Shown here piece by piece: positions 19,595 through 29,716 of a stretch of 32,000 nt of DNA. This DNA comes from a cyanobacterium endosymbiont of Epithemia turgida isolate EtSB Lake Yunoko (GTDB lineage: Bacteria; Cyanobacteriota; Cyanobacteriia; Cyanobacteriales; Microcystaceae), in assembly GCF_000829235.1 (NCBI RefSeq), contig NZ_AP012549.1, positions 2,400,001 through 2,432,000 on the forward strand, given 5' to 3'. Both the position numbers and the translations under genes were made by a program. The notes beneath the pieces are model-generated. The model was not told the DNA's origin. It saw only the letters and a program-made list of their open reading frames with translations, and searched no databases. Each line of letters starts with the position of its first letter. The stretch's first letter is position 1.

Positions 19595-20096
19595 AAAATC
19601 TTTACAAAATTATATTTCTTACAGAAGATAACTCTCAATATTTATTGAAATAACGTGACAACTAGTCTAGAAATATCATTTGTTTTGATACTCAAAACAA
19701 CTCAAACTTTGATTATTATAATTTTTTTAGTAAAAACTATCTTTGATGGTAATTAAAACTTTGATAAGTAGATGCTCTTAAATAAGTGTAAGATGGAAAA
19801 GTAATTAAATTAAAAGTGCTTACTAGATATCAACCTAACTAAAAATTAAGCTAACATAATTAAAAAATAAAGAATCATAAAAGTTGATTTATAACTAAAC
19901 AATTCCCTTCATAGGGAGAACAATAAAATAAAATTTATGTTGAAATACAAGAGGATAGAAAGATAGAAAAATTTAAGACTAAGTGAAGCTATTAAAAAAT
20001 ATAATTAAGACAATAATTTATCTAGTCACAAAACTTTATTATAAAAATAATACCTAATATAAGGATGTAAAATTATAGTCGATTTTAATTAGGTAG

Positions 20097-20148
20097 CTGA
20101 TGAAGACATAATAAGAGTAGATAAACTAACTAATTATGTCTTCATCAG
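20097..20148. repeat. Perfect 16-bp inverted repeat with 20-nt loop
   Basis: CTGATGAAGACATAAT ... ATTATGTCTTCATCAG, in the middle of an extremely AT-rich 1.8-kb spacer. Confidence 0.9.
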
Positions 20149-21150
20149 TTGCTAAATCAATCGTTTTATTGATAGGCTTCTTTAATTTACGAATATTTTT
20201 AGATATTAATTTAAAAATATATTTAAAGAATGGTTATTTTTAAAAAAATCAACTAAAAATATTGATTAATAAACTTCTTATGTTGAAAAAATTTACAATG
20301 TTAATATTTAAAATATAGCATTCAAAAATGAAACAAGTAAATAAAAACTAGAAATAATATTTAAAGGTAAAAATAAAGAATTATAAGGAAAAAACCTTCA
20401 GGTATTAATATAGTTAGTAACTGATAAATTTACTTTATTTTAAAATCGAAGTTAAATAACTTTAAAATACTGGTTAAAACCACAAAAATATAAGGTTTAT
20501 ATTAAAAGTCAATATGTTATTTTAAAACAATAAATATAACTTAAGTAAAAGATAAAAAAATCTAATTTATTAGATAATTAAATACTATATATTAAGACTA
20601 TTAAACTTAGTAAGTTGGTGTTAAAAACCTATATAATATTAGGCATTAGAAATAAATTTATTTTTTTACAAAAAAACAACTTAGGGACTATTAGAAAAAA
20701 TCAATTATAAATTAAAGTTGCCAAAAAAGATGATCAAAAGCAAAGCGTTTAGATTTAGAAGTTCTGTTAATTCTTACCTCCAAAATTTATCAAACTTACA
20801 TTTTATTAGTTAATTCTATATTGTTAGTTTTCCATAGCCAAAATTATATTATTTATTAATATAAAGACTAGTCATGAGAATGATATTAAATAAACTATAA
20901 TAAAAATTATTGTGCTTAGTAAAAAATAAATTAGTAAATTTTAAATAAAATAATTATGAGCAATTTACTACTTTAATTTTCATTAAATAGGTTATGTTTA
21001 AACTTACTAGAATTAGTTTGTTGACAAGTATAAACTTAGATATCTTTTGTTAAATAAATTAAGATAAAAAATTTGAAAATTATTTATTTTATAATATTAT
21101 TTTTTATTTTAATTACACTTTTTAAAAAATTAATAATAAACCTGAATTAG

Positions 21151-21891
21151 CTACAATTTTAAATCATTAGATAATTGAATTGCATCTCGCAATTCTTTTG
21201 AGGATAAAGGTTTAAAAATAAAATCTATATTAAAACATTCTTTGGCAGTTTCAGTTAAAATATTAATAATATTTTCTGGATAACAATTATCAGGTAATTG
21301 TTCAAGAAGTCCTAAACTCCAAGGTGCAGATTGATTAAAAATAGTTTTAAATAGTGTTTTATTAGTTGATAAAACCATAGATCCATGTTGCAATATAGAT
21401 TTTTTTCCCCTTCGTTGTGCGCTTCCAATAAGTTTACTTCCATCAGAAGTAATTAAATCAGAAATAGTAGCCGTATTAAAACAACTAGAGTTATGAATAT
21501 AACCTCGTCTAGCTATTCCGTAATCTAATTTAATTCCTAAAGACGACCAACCTTTAATCAAAAACTGACAAATTTGTTTATAAATTTCTAAAGTTCTTCG
21601 ATTATTAATTGGAGTAATTATACCATAAGTTAAGTCTCCTTGATGAAGAACTGCTCGTCCTCCTGTGGAACGACGTACTAATTCTATAGGACGTTTTTCC
21701 CAAGTTAAATTACACCAGAATAAAGGCCATTGTTTTTGTAAACGACCCAGAGAAATTGTCGGTGATGACCAAGTATAAAAGCGTAAAGTAGGAGGATGTT
21801 GTCCCTTTTCGTGCTGGATAAATAACCAATTATCAATAGCCATTTGGATCGTACCTGATGCTTCAATAGGAGGAATTAAACGCCATTTCAT
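21151..21891 (-). CDS. Lipoate-protein ligase / octanoyltransferase family protein (BPL/LPL catalytic domain)
   Basis: 246-aa ORF. PTLRFYTWSSPTISLGRLQK...RRSTGGRAVLHQGDLTYGII...KLIGSAQRRGKKSILQHGSM carries the LplA/LipB-type catalytic core motifs. Confidence 0.8.
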   Translation of the reverse strand: MKWRLIPPIEASGTIQMAIDNWLFIQHEKGQHPPTLRFYTWSSPTISLGRLQKQWPLFWCNLTWEKRPIELVRRSTGGRAVLHQGDLTYGIITPINNRRTLEIYKQICQFLIKGWSSLGIKLDYGIARRGYIHNSSCFNTATISDLITSDGSKLIGSAQRRGKKSILQHGSMVLSTNKTLFKTIFNQSAPWSLGLLEQLPDNCYPENIINILTETAKECFNIDFIFKPLSSKELRDAIQLSNDLKL

Positions 21892-22828
21892 AATTAATTT
21901 AGTTACTCCATAACAATAATAAAAGACTATTCATGTTTCAGTAAAATAAAGAATATTTTAATTGCGTTGTTCATAAAGTAATTTCACTTTTAATTTAAAT
22001 TTAAATTTACCTATTTGTTGAGGTAAACAAGCAGAATTAAGAATATAAATTTACCAATTACTTATGATTTATGCCCTATTTCGTAACAAAAGAGTAGCTA
22101 ATTCAAAAGGTCGCTAAAAACCGTTATTTCTAGCAACGTTGACGAATGACCCTTTGACGAAAAAATGGAAGTATGGCATAAATCACTTCCTGGTCATCAA
22201 TTAATTGAGGTTTATTGAGATCATTTTTATAACCCTAAAGGAATTCAGAGATAGTTGACCGACTCCCAAGCCGAGTACACATCAACATCAAATTTAGCAA
22301 AGTATTTTGACTAATTGAAAGCTCATTTACTTTTTATAATAGTCCTTCATCAGGTTTAAATTCATCATAAATTTCTACTTGTTGATCAAAAAATAACTAA
22401 TCTTTATTAAATAATGTATAATCACAGAAACTAATTCTATAATTATAACCACTAATCTAGATTAAATGAATTATGATTTTTAAATTATTTAATTATATTA
22501 ACTTTTGTTGTATCTACCAAGCATATTTTAGATTGTCAAAATTTCCTGGTTGTGAATAAACTAAAATAGGGAATTGTTTAGCTAGTTTAAAATTGCTTAG
22601 AACAGAAATAATGTCTCTATCATTAATACGTAGACATTGGATTTTATAAAAAATATCATAAATATTAATTTAAAGTCAATTTTTGACTTTAAATTTTTTA
22701 GAGTTTTTATAAAATAAATAATACCAAATAAGTAGATAATAATTCTTGAACCTATCATTTTAACTGTATTGCAACAATGTTAAATCATTATTCCTATAAA
22801 GATGAAATTATTGGAATTATAAAAAGCC

Positions 22829-22864
22829 TATAAAACCCAAAATTTTAAAATTTTGGGTTTTATA
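22829..22864. repeat. Perfect 36-bp palindrome (bidirectional terminator-like)
   Basis: TATAAAACCCAAAATTTT|AAAATTTTGGGTTTTATA, with all 18 pairs checked. The CCC/GGG core with flanking A/T runs gives a hairpin followed by a U-run on both strands. It lies ~190 bp upstream of recN. Confidence 0.9.
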
Positions 22865-23053
22865 AAAATAATTATAGCTAGTTTAAAATAACTCTTATTG
22901 TTAACTTAAAGTGATTGTCGAGATACTGAAAATATCAGCATCTTAAGACTAAACTGGGAACCGTATCATAAAATTTAATCTTTTGTGTCTGAAATATTCA
23001 CCTTAGGTTAAGATAAACAGAAGTCTCTGGTATTGATAAGTCAGGGTTATTCA

Positions 23054-24814
23054 ATGCTATCTCTATTAAAGATCAAAAATTTTACCTTGGTAGACCAGCT
23101 TACCTTAAAATTTGGTCAAGGGTTAAATGTCCTTACAGGAGAAACTGGAGCAGGTAAGTCCATTATTCTTGATGCGATTGATATTGTTTTAGGTGGAAAA
23201 ATCAATCATTATTTAATTCGTCAGGGAATGCAACAAGCATCTATTGAAGCCACCTTTGAAATGGATAACACTTTACAAGTGTGGCTAGAAGAACAAGAAA
23301 TTAAACCGTTAGAAGACAAAACTCTATTGTGTTATAGAGAGCTAACCCTCACAGGGGAAACCATGCGATCACGTTCACGGATCAATGGGGTGGTAGTGAA
23401 TTTGCAACTGATGGGAAAATTGCGTGATCGCCTTGTGGAAATTACTGCTCAAGGAAAACCTGTTCAACTGGTGGACTCTATACGACAACGAGAATTACTG
23501 GACTTGTATGGAGGGATGAGTCTTCTTAAACAGCGAAAATTAGTAGAGTCAGCTTACAAAAAATGGAAAATTGCAGATAAAATACTTAAAAAATGCCGAA
23601 AATCAGAGGAAGAAAGATTACAACGCCTTGATATAGTCGAGTATGAACTGAGAGAATTAGAAGAAGCTAAATTAATCAATCCTAAAGAGCTTGAACAACT
23701 TAACCAAGAACGTGATTGCCTCTCCTATGTAGGAGAGTTACAACGGTTGAGTTACTATACCTACCAACTGCTCTATCAAAATGATACTGGAGAGTCCGCG
23801 ATCGCTGATCAGTTAGGAGAGGCTGAAAGTATCTTGACAAAGATAGCGAAATATGGCGGAGAAATAGAGTTAATTTTAGAAATGATCAGATCTGCCTTAA
23901 CTCAGGTGGTAGAAGCAGGACAGCAAATTAATGGCTATGGGGATAGATTAGAAGCTGATCCAGAGAGATTAATAGAGATAGAAGAGAGGATTAACCTGTT
24001 AAAGCGTATTTGTCGTAAATATGGTCCTTCTTTAGAAGAAGTAATCAATTATCATCAGCAATTACAGCAAGAATTAGGAGAATTAACCGACAATCAACAG
24101 TCTATTGAACAGTTGGAACAACATACTAAAGTTGCTAGAGAAACTTTTTATCAAACCTGTAAAATATTAACAGAGCTACGTCAGAAAGCGGCCATCAAAT
24201 TAGAAAAACAATTAGTTGAAGAATTAAAATCGCTGGCAATGGATAAAGTAATCTTTGTCTGTCAGATAACCACTTGTTTACCAACAGTAATGGGAAGTGA
24301 TGAAGTTATTTTTTATTTTAGTCCGAACCCTGGGGAAAAAATAAAACCTCTTTCTAGTACAGCATCCGGGGGAGAAATGAGTCGTTTTTTATTGGCCTTA
24401 AAGGCTTGTTTTGCAAAATCAGAGAAGAGCTCTCGAACCTTGATTTTCGATGAAATTGATGCAGGAGTTTCAGGAAAAGTTGCTCAGGCTATTAGCGAAA
24501 AGTTACATAAACTGAGTCGTAAATATAAAGTTTTATGTGTAACCCATCAACCTTTGGTAGCTGCAATGGCAGACAATCATTTTCGAGTTACTAAGCAAAT
24601 GATTGAAGAATATTCTAAGACTGGAAACTTAGACAATAAGCAACTGAGTTTACCCAAAATTAGGACGGTTGTTCGAGTTACTAATTTAGATGATCGACAG
24701 ACTAGACGAGAGGAATTAGCCCAATTAACAGTGGGACATTCAGAACAAGAAGCAATTGAATTTGCTCAATCATTGTTAGTTAACGCGGAAGCATATCGTT
24801 TTAAAAAGAGTTGA
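23054..24814 (+). CDS. recN: DNA repair protein RecN
   Basis: The N-terminal Walker A is (LNVLTGETGAGKSIILDAI), followed by a long coiled-coil middle. The C-terminal signature and Walker B are (ASGGEMSRFLLALK, LIFDEIDAGVSG, VLCVTHQPLVAA). I prefer the ATG at 23054 (MLSLLKIKNF...) to the TTG at 23033. Confidence 0.93.
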   Translation: MLSLLKIKNFTLVDQLTLKFGQGLNVLTGETGAGKSIILDAIDIVLGGKINHYLIRQGMQQASIEATFEMDNTLQVWLEEQEIKPLEDKTLLCYRELTLTGETMRSRSRINGVVVNLQLMGKLRDRLVEITAQGKPVQLVDSIRQRELLDLYGGMSLLKQRKLVESAYKKWKIADKILKKCRKSEEERLQRLDIVEYELRELEEAKLINPKELEQLNQERDCLSYVGELQRLSYYTYQLLYQNDTGESAIADQLGEAESILTKIAKYGGEIELILEMIRSALTQVVEAGQQINGYGDRLEADPERLIEIEERINLLKRICRKYGPSLEEVINYHQQLQQELGELTDNQQSIEQLEQHTKVARETFYQTCKILTELRQKAAIKLEKQLVEELKSLAMDKVIFVCQITTCLPTVMGSDEVIFYFSPNPGEKIKPLSSTASGGEMSRFLLALKACFAKSEKSSRTLIFDEIDAGVSGKVAQAISEKLHKLSRKYKVLCVTHQPLVAAMADNHFRVTKQMIEEYSKTGNLDNKQLSLPKIRTVVRVTNLDDRQTRREELAQLTVGHSEQEAIEFAQSLLVNAEAYRFKKS

Positions 24815-26279
24815 ACTAGCCTGTATATCATTTAAGTTAGATATTACCTAAGAAAAAAGATAGTTTTACTAAACTTAGAAAGGTTAACTGATAGCTAGGA
24901 ATACAAAACAAGGAATGGGGAACAGTAAAAATAAAAAATTAGAGAGATATTTAGATATAAATGATATTAGTGATCTTCAAGACTTAATACTTCAACAAAA
25001 AGGCGTGGATATTACTGAGAGATACAATTTAAAAACTAAAAATTTTTCAAAAACAAACTATATTGTATGGTTTACCTTTTTGGAAGAGGTATTACCTAAA
25101 TTAAAGCTAACATATCGGAAGGATACAGAAAACAATATAGGGGAGAATACATAAGATTTTTAGTTATAGTGTTAACTTAAGTTAAAGACGAGAATAATTC
25201 TTACTTTATTTAGACAGAAAAACATAATTTTATATTTCCTCGCTTTAAAAGTATTGGTTTTACCTGATAAGTTCAATAGAACTAAACAAATTAATAAAAC
25301 TATACTTCAAGACATTTACGAGTCATTTATTCTTAAGGATTACCAAAAATATTTTCTGTTTGATTTAGATGTGATTGAGTAACCATAACAATTTTCTTGA
25401 TCCTATTTTTGGCATAAAAAAACAGTATAATCTACCATTTTGGTTGCCAGTTTTATATCATTGGTGATGATGATATTCGTATATTTCTCTTTTAAATAAA
25501 CAATTAATTCTTTTACTTGATGAATATAAATTTTATAAAGAAAGAAAACAAGTTCATTGATTTAAATAAGTTCTCTTTTAACACAACCAATGTGAACAAT
25601 ATATAACTCTTGTTTTTTCTACTAAAAAAGAGAGTTTTTTACTAACATGTCTTCTAAAATATTATTAATTATTACACTATAGACAATATTTTTCTAAATC
25701 CAGGAGTCGGGCATTGACAGATAAACTTACTTAAATGCGGTCTATCTAAAAATATAAAGTAATCACTAAAAACTAAAAAGTAAAAAACCATTATAACTTT
25801 TACTAATAAATCAATGGCTAAGTAATATTAAAATTTTTATACTTGGTATCCGATTGTTGAATCTTAATATTTAGGATGTAATAGTTTACCCGAGATATTT
25901 AATAATTTATCTCATGATCAAGAGTTATATTTAATGATAGTAATAGTTAAAACTTGATAAGTCTCAATCAAAGAAGTAGAATATTATTCGTTTAAAAGTT
26001 TAGAGATAATCGAGTAATTTTTAGTTACTGTAACTATACGATGCTCACTTTATCTATCCTAAGCTAGTCAATACATATTTTACGTAATTTATTTTTTAAA
26101 TGCGCATTTCTCAAATCTATTTAAATCTCCTAAATCAGAAAAATAATAATTAAGTTTAAAAATATAAGATATCAGTAAAGTCATCACAAACAATTCTATT
26201 GTAACTTTCCATCTACACTCATAATCAAACATTATATTCACAATATATAGACTAAAAAAATAGATAAAAATTTAAAATC

Positions 26280-27770
26280 TTTACTTCATCTATCCTATTC
26301 TAAGTTGTATTTTTATCAGCTCAAATTCAGTAAAATTTATACCTCTAATGTAGAAGCATGACGCACTTTCCCAGAAGAGAATAAAATCTCCCCTAAACTG
26401 CTCAAATAATCGTCAATTATTTGGGCAGTACTAGAGCCGATAAAGAGCGTCCTTACATGACGTATTTTTTAAATAAAATTTTAAGATTTAGCCAAAGCTA
26501 ATATTAAAGTACTGTGAAAAGAATTGATTGATAATGGACACGGCTTGTTCTAAAGAATCCACTACAACAATTAATCGATCGTAAGAGATCATCTTTGCAC
26601 TGAGAACTCCTGAGAAATATTCATCAGATTTATAAATGACTATCTTCTGTAGCATTGTGCCTCAAGTCACATCAGGAGTCAACAAAATCACTACGTTTGT
26701 GGACTCTTGTTCTATTTATACGAATAGAGTGCCCCAATATAGTTGAGGTTAGCCTTGCGCTCAGCAATGATTACTAAGTCAGAAATATCAAAAGATGTAC
26801 CAATAGCTACCGCTCCATAAACTGTTTTTTCGCCAACGTAACTTCGAGATCTCCTATTCCTGTAATGACTTCTACTCTTGGGAAAGTTTTAGTTCCGTAG
26901 GATAAAATGACAATAGCTGCTGTTTTTGCCAACCCTGTAAATTCTCTTGATTCCTATTTCTTGAGTGAGCGGCTGCCAAAATTAAGGGATAAATTTTTTC
27001 AAAAATATTAGGGGAAGTTATCACTATAGTTAGAAAACCTTGGCGACTTTTGCGAGGATGGCTTGAGTCAAAAACCCACTGATTTGAGGACATAAATCAC
27101 TCTCAATATAAGGTTCGGCTCCTTTAAAATGCTGGAACAACTCAAATTCTTGAGACTAGTTTTAATTGATGAAACTGGAGTTAAGCTAGCCATAACTTGT
27201 AATTTTACTAAAGCAACTAAGGGAAAATACGTTTATAAGGAATATATCAGTAGAGGAAGAAATATTGTCTGAAATTGGGACGATCACTACGTCGGTTTTT
27301 TGAATCCTTTTACTTTTTAAAAATAGATAAATCTAAAAAAATTTTTTGCACTGATAAAATAGAAGTTCTAATATGATTAAATATAGCCGGTGACTGTTGT
27401 AGTTATAGTTAAGTTGTTAACTCGTAAAACAACAACAAAAGTTGGGGAACTGATGGAATCTATAGAAGCAAAAGTCGTGTTCCTATTTCCTCAGTAGCTA
27501 TTAGTCATAAATTAGAAAACATTAACAAATTAAATGATCCTCTAACTCTAGAGTCCTTAATCAAACTCTCAATAAATCAATTGATTGAGCAACTGATGAA
27601 TACATAATTTACCAGTGTATCCACTTCTGCTATTACCAAGTTACCCAGTTAGAAACCGCTATAAAAACCAAAATCTGCATCGCTTTACCGCCGGTTCCGA
27701 CGAGTAAAAATAGCCGAACCAACTCTCACTCCAAAGCTTTGTCTGTTTCTTTAGTTCATTTTTCTGCTTG
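26280..27770 (-). pseudogene. hisD: Histidinol dehydrogenase relic, near full length, multiply frameshifted and split by an IS remnant
   Basis: Minus-strand fragments lie in different frames. Each is listed with the HisD segment it matches: (1) FKGAEPYIESDLCPQISGFLTQAILAKVAKVF, cf. LYVPGG.AAYPSSVLMNAIPAKVAGV. (2) PLILAAAHSRNRNQ and GLAKTAAIVILSYGTKTFPRVEVITGIGDLEVTLAKK, cf. GGAQAIAALAYGTETIPKVD.I.GPGNIYVTLAKK. (3) VYGAVAIGTSFDISDLVIIAERKAN, cf. V.G.VGID..AGPSEVL.IADE.AN. (4) RLIVVVDSLEQAVSIINQF, cf. .I.VDSLEEA.ELSN. (5) TLFIGSSTAQIIDDYLSSLGEILFSSGKVRHAS, cf. AIFLG..TPEA.GDY.AGPNH.LPTSG.AR..S. N-terminal traces (YTGKL cf. YT.KFD, RFHQ cf. AFH.Q) lie at 27400-27700. One frameshift coincides with a T6 run at 26825-26830. 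The ORF-track entry 26872..27093 is one frame of this relic. Confidence 0.85.
27128..27385 (+). mobile_element. Degraded IS630-family (DDE) transposase fragment inserted in hisD
   Basis: Plus-strand fragments: MLEQLKFLRLVLIDETGVKLAITCNFTKATKGKYVYKEYISRGRNI, then after a frameshift LSEIGTITTSVF, then FESFYFLK...KIEVLI*LN. These follow the IS630 pattern ..lvFiDEsG.n..m.r.ygra.kG.r......rg.n.tligal...G...F..fl......vlvmDN. Only about 85 of ~340 codons remain and no terminal repeats are recognisable. Confidence 0.6.
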
Positions 27771-27821
27771 ACTCCCGATGCTTTTTCAATAAAGATACCA
27801 TAACAATGGTACCACTTAACT

Positions 27822-29450
27822 TCATATGGTTACTGTATCCTCTATCGAATTTTCTAAAAGTAAACCATATTCAATTCCTTCGACAACTGCTTCATAGGAG
27901 GCTTCCAAAATATTGGGAGAAACTCCGACGGTACTCCAACGTTCTTTGCCATTACTAGACTCAACTAAAACTCTTGTTTTAGAAGATGTTCCTGATTCTC
28001 CATCCAGAATCCTAACCTTATAATCCGTTAGATGAAACTCTGCAACTGCCGGATAGAAATTTTCTAAAGCTTTCCGTAAGGCACTATCTAGGGCGGCAAC
28101 GGGACCATTTCCTTCGGCTACCTCCAATCTATCTTCTCCATTAACTGTAACTTTAATAGTTGCTAAAGCATTACTGTAAGATATTTCTTGTCCTCGTAAC
28201 ATATCACAATGTACTTGAAATCCTTTAAGTTGAAACATAGGTTTTCGTTGTCCCAATGCTTGACGCATTAAAAGTTCGAAACTAGATTCGGCTGCTTCAA
28301 ATTGATATCCTTCATATTCTAACTTTTTAATCCGTTCTAAAATGTCATGACAAGCAATATCTTCTTTTTTTAACTCAAGTCCAAAGGTTTTTGCTTTCGA
28401 TAAAACATTACTTAATCCTGACTGATCAGAAATGACAATACGCCGTTTATTGCCAATTTTTTCAGGTTTAATGTGTTCGTAGGTTAGGGGATTTTTTTGA
28501 ACAGCCGAAACATGAATTCCTCCCTTATGAGCAAAGGCAGAACGCCCTACAAAAGGAGCATAATCATCCGGTGCTAAATTAACAATTTCACTAATGAAAC
28601 GGCTAGTTTTACTTAATTGCGTTATTTGAGTATCTGTTAAACAAGAATACCCCATTTTAAACTGTAAATTTGGAATTAAGGTACATAAATTAGCATTACC
28701 GCACCTTTCCCCATACCCATTGATTGTTCCATGAATCATTCTCACCCCTTCTACCACCCCAGCTAACCCATTCGCTACTGCAGTTCCTGAGTCATTATGA
28801 GTGTGAATTCCTAATTTAGGAAAGGTTTCTCTATCAGGAGCTACATCTAACTCTTCTACCACTTCTTTAACAATTTTACTAACTTCCTGAGGCAAAGTTC
28901 CACCATTAGTATCACATAATACTAACCAAATAGCCCCGGCATTTTTAGCAGCTTTTAGGGTTTGTAAAGCATAATCAGGATTTTGCTTATAGCCATCAAA
29001 CCAATGTTCTGCATCGTAAATTATTTGTCTTCCCTGACTGCGGAGATATTCAATCGTATCTCTTATCATGGCTAAATTTTCTTCCAAGGTGGTTTTCAAC
29101 CCCTCAGTGACGTGGAGATCCCAAGACTTGCCAAAGATAGTTACCCAACGAGTTCCGGCGGCTAAAATCATCTGTAACATTCGATCACGATCTGAGGGAA
29201 TATACGGGCGACGAGTGGAACAAAAAGCCACGACTTCGGCCTGATTTAAAGGTTCTTCCTGTAACTTCCAGAAAAACTGGACATCTTTCGGATTAGCCCC
29301 TGGCCATCCTCCCTCAATAAAAGGAATTCCTAGCTTATCGAGTTGGTGGGCAATTTTCAGCTTGTCCTCCAGAGACAGAGCAATTCCCTCCCGTTGTGCC
29401 CCATCTCTTAGGGTGGTGTCATAAAGCAAAACTTGATTGGCCATACCCAT
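27822..29450 (-). CDS. cimA: (R)-citramalate synthase (LeuA-related, isoleucine pathway)
   Basis: 542-aa ORF. LYDTTLRDGAQREGIALSLEDKLKIAHQLDKLGIPFIEGGWPGANPKD (DGAQ rather than the DGEQ of LeuA), HTHNDSGTAVAN and the C-terminal LeuA-dimerisation-type regulatory domain fit the cyanobacterial CimA subgroup. 2-isopropylmalate synthase cannot be fully excluded. Confidence 0.85.
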   Translation of the reverse strand: MGMANQVLLYDTTLRDGAQREGIALSLEDKLKIAHQLDKLGIPFIEGGWPGANPKDVQFFWKLQEEPLNQAEVVAFCSTRRPYIPSDRDRMLQMILAAGTRWVTIFGKSWDLHVTEGLKTTLEENLAMIRDTIEYLRSQGRQIIYDAEHWFDGYKQNPDYALQTLKAAKNAGAIWLVLCDTNGGTLPQEVSKIVKEVVEELDVAPDRETFPKLGIHTHNDSGTAVANGLAGVVEGVRMIHGTINGYGERCGNANLCTLIPNLQFKMGYSCLTDTQITQLSKTSRFISEIVNLAPDDYAPFVGRSAFAHKGGIHVSAVQKNPLTYEHIKPEKIGNKRRIVISDQSGLSNVLSKAKTFGLELKKEDIACHDILERIKKLEYEGYQFEAAESSFELLMRQALGQRKPMFQLKGFQVHCDMLRGQEISYSNALATIKVTVNGEDRLEVAEGNGPVAALDSALRKALENFYPAVAEFHLTDYKVRILDGESGTSSKTRVLVESSNGKERWSTVGVSPNILEASYEAVVEGIEYGLLLENSIEDTVTI

Positions 29451-29716
29451 ATAATTATTACTACGTATAAGTGTCCGTCAACTTCAAACAAATAAAAATC
29501 AACGAGATTAGTTCCGACTATGACAGTGCAAGGCAAAGAGCTAGTTTTTTATCACAACACTAAACCAACCTCAGCCGTGTTTTTTGTACTGCACTACACC
29601 TCGCTCTACAATGATAAGTCAAAATCTAGGGAGTGGTCATTACAATGAAAAGACGAAAATTAAATTTATATTGCTCTCGATGAGTAACGCAAGTATATGG
29701 TGCAGGCTTCCCTACT

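Noticed and set aside
22064-22190. MITE-like element with imperfect terminal inverted repeats TGATTTATGCC...GGCATAAATCA
   Set aside because: An 11-nt inverted match within ~130 bp is only marginally unexpected. The interior is better explained as part of a protein-like relic on the minus strand. I saw no target-site duplication and no second copy.
22922-22942. Imperfect inverted repeat GATACTGA-N5-TCAGCATC ~115 bp upstream of recN as a LexA/SOS operator
   Set aside because: It does not match the cyanobacterial LexA box as I recall it (RGTAC-N3-DGTWCB) or the CTGT-N8-ACAG type. A 7/8 match of 8-mers is not statistically compelling.
24915-25154. 79-aa plus-strand ORF after recN
   Set aside because: It is Lys/Asn/Ile-rich as expected from translating AT-rich spacer, with no recognisable domain. 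The region more likely belongs to a decayed minus-strand gene.
26872-27093. 73-aa minus-strand ORF as an independent gene
   Set aside because: It is simply the longest open frame of the hisD relic (contains PLILAAAHSRNR, cf. HisD ..AAA..AGV..). Flanking HisD segments continue in other frames.
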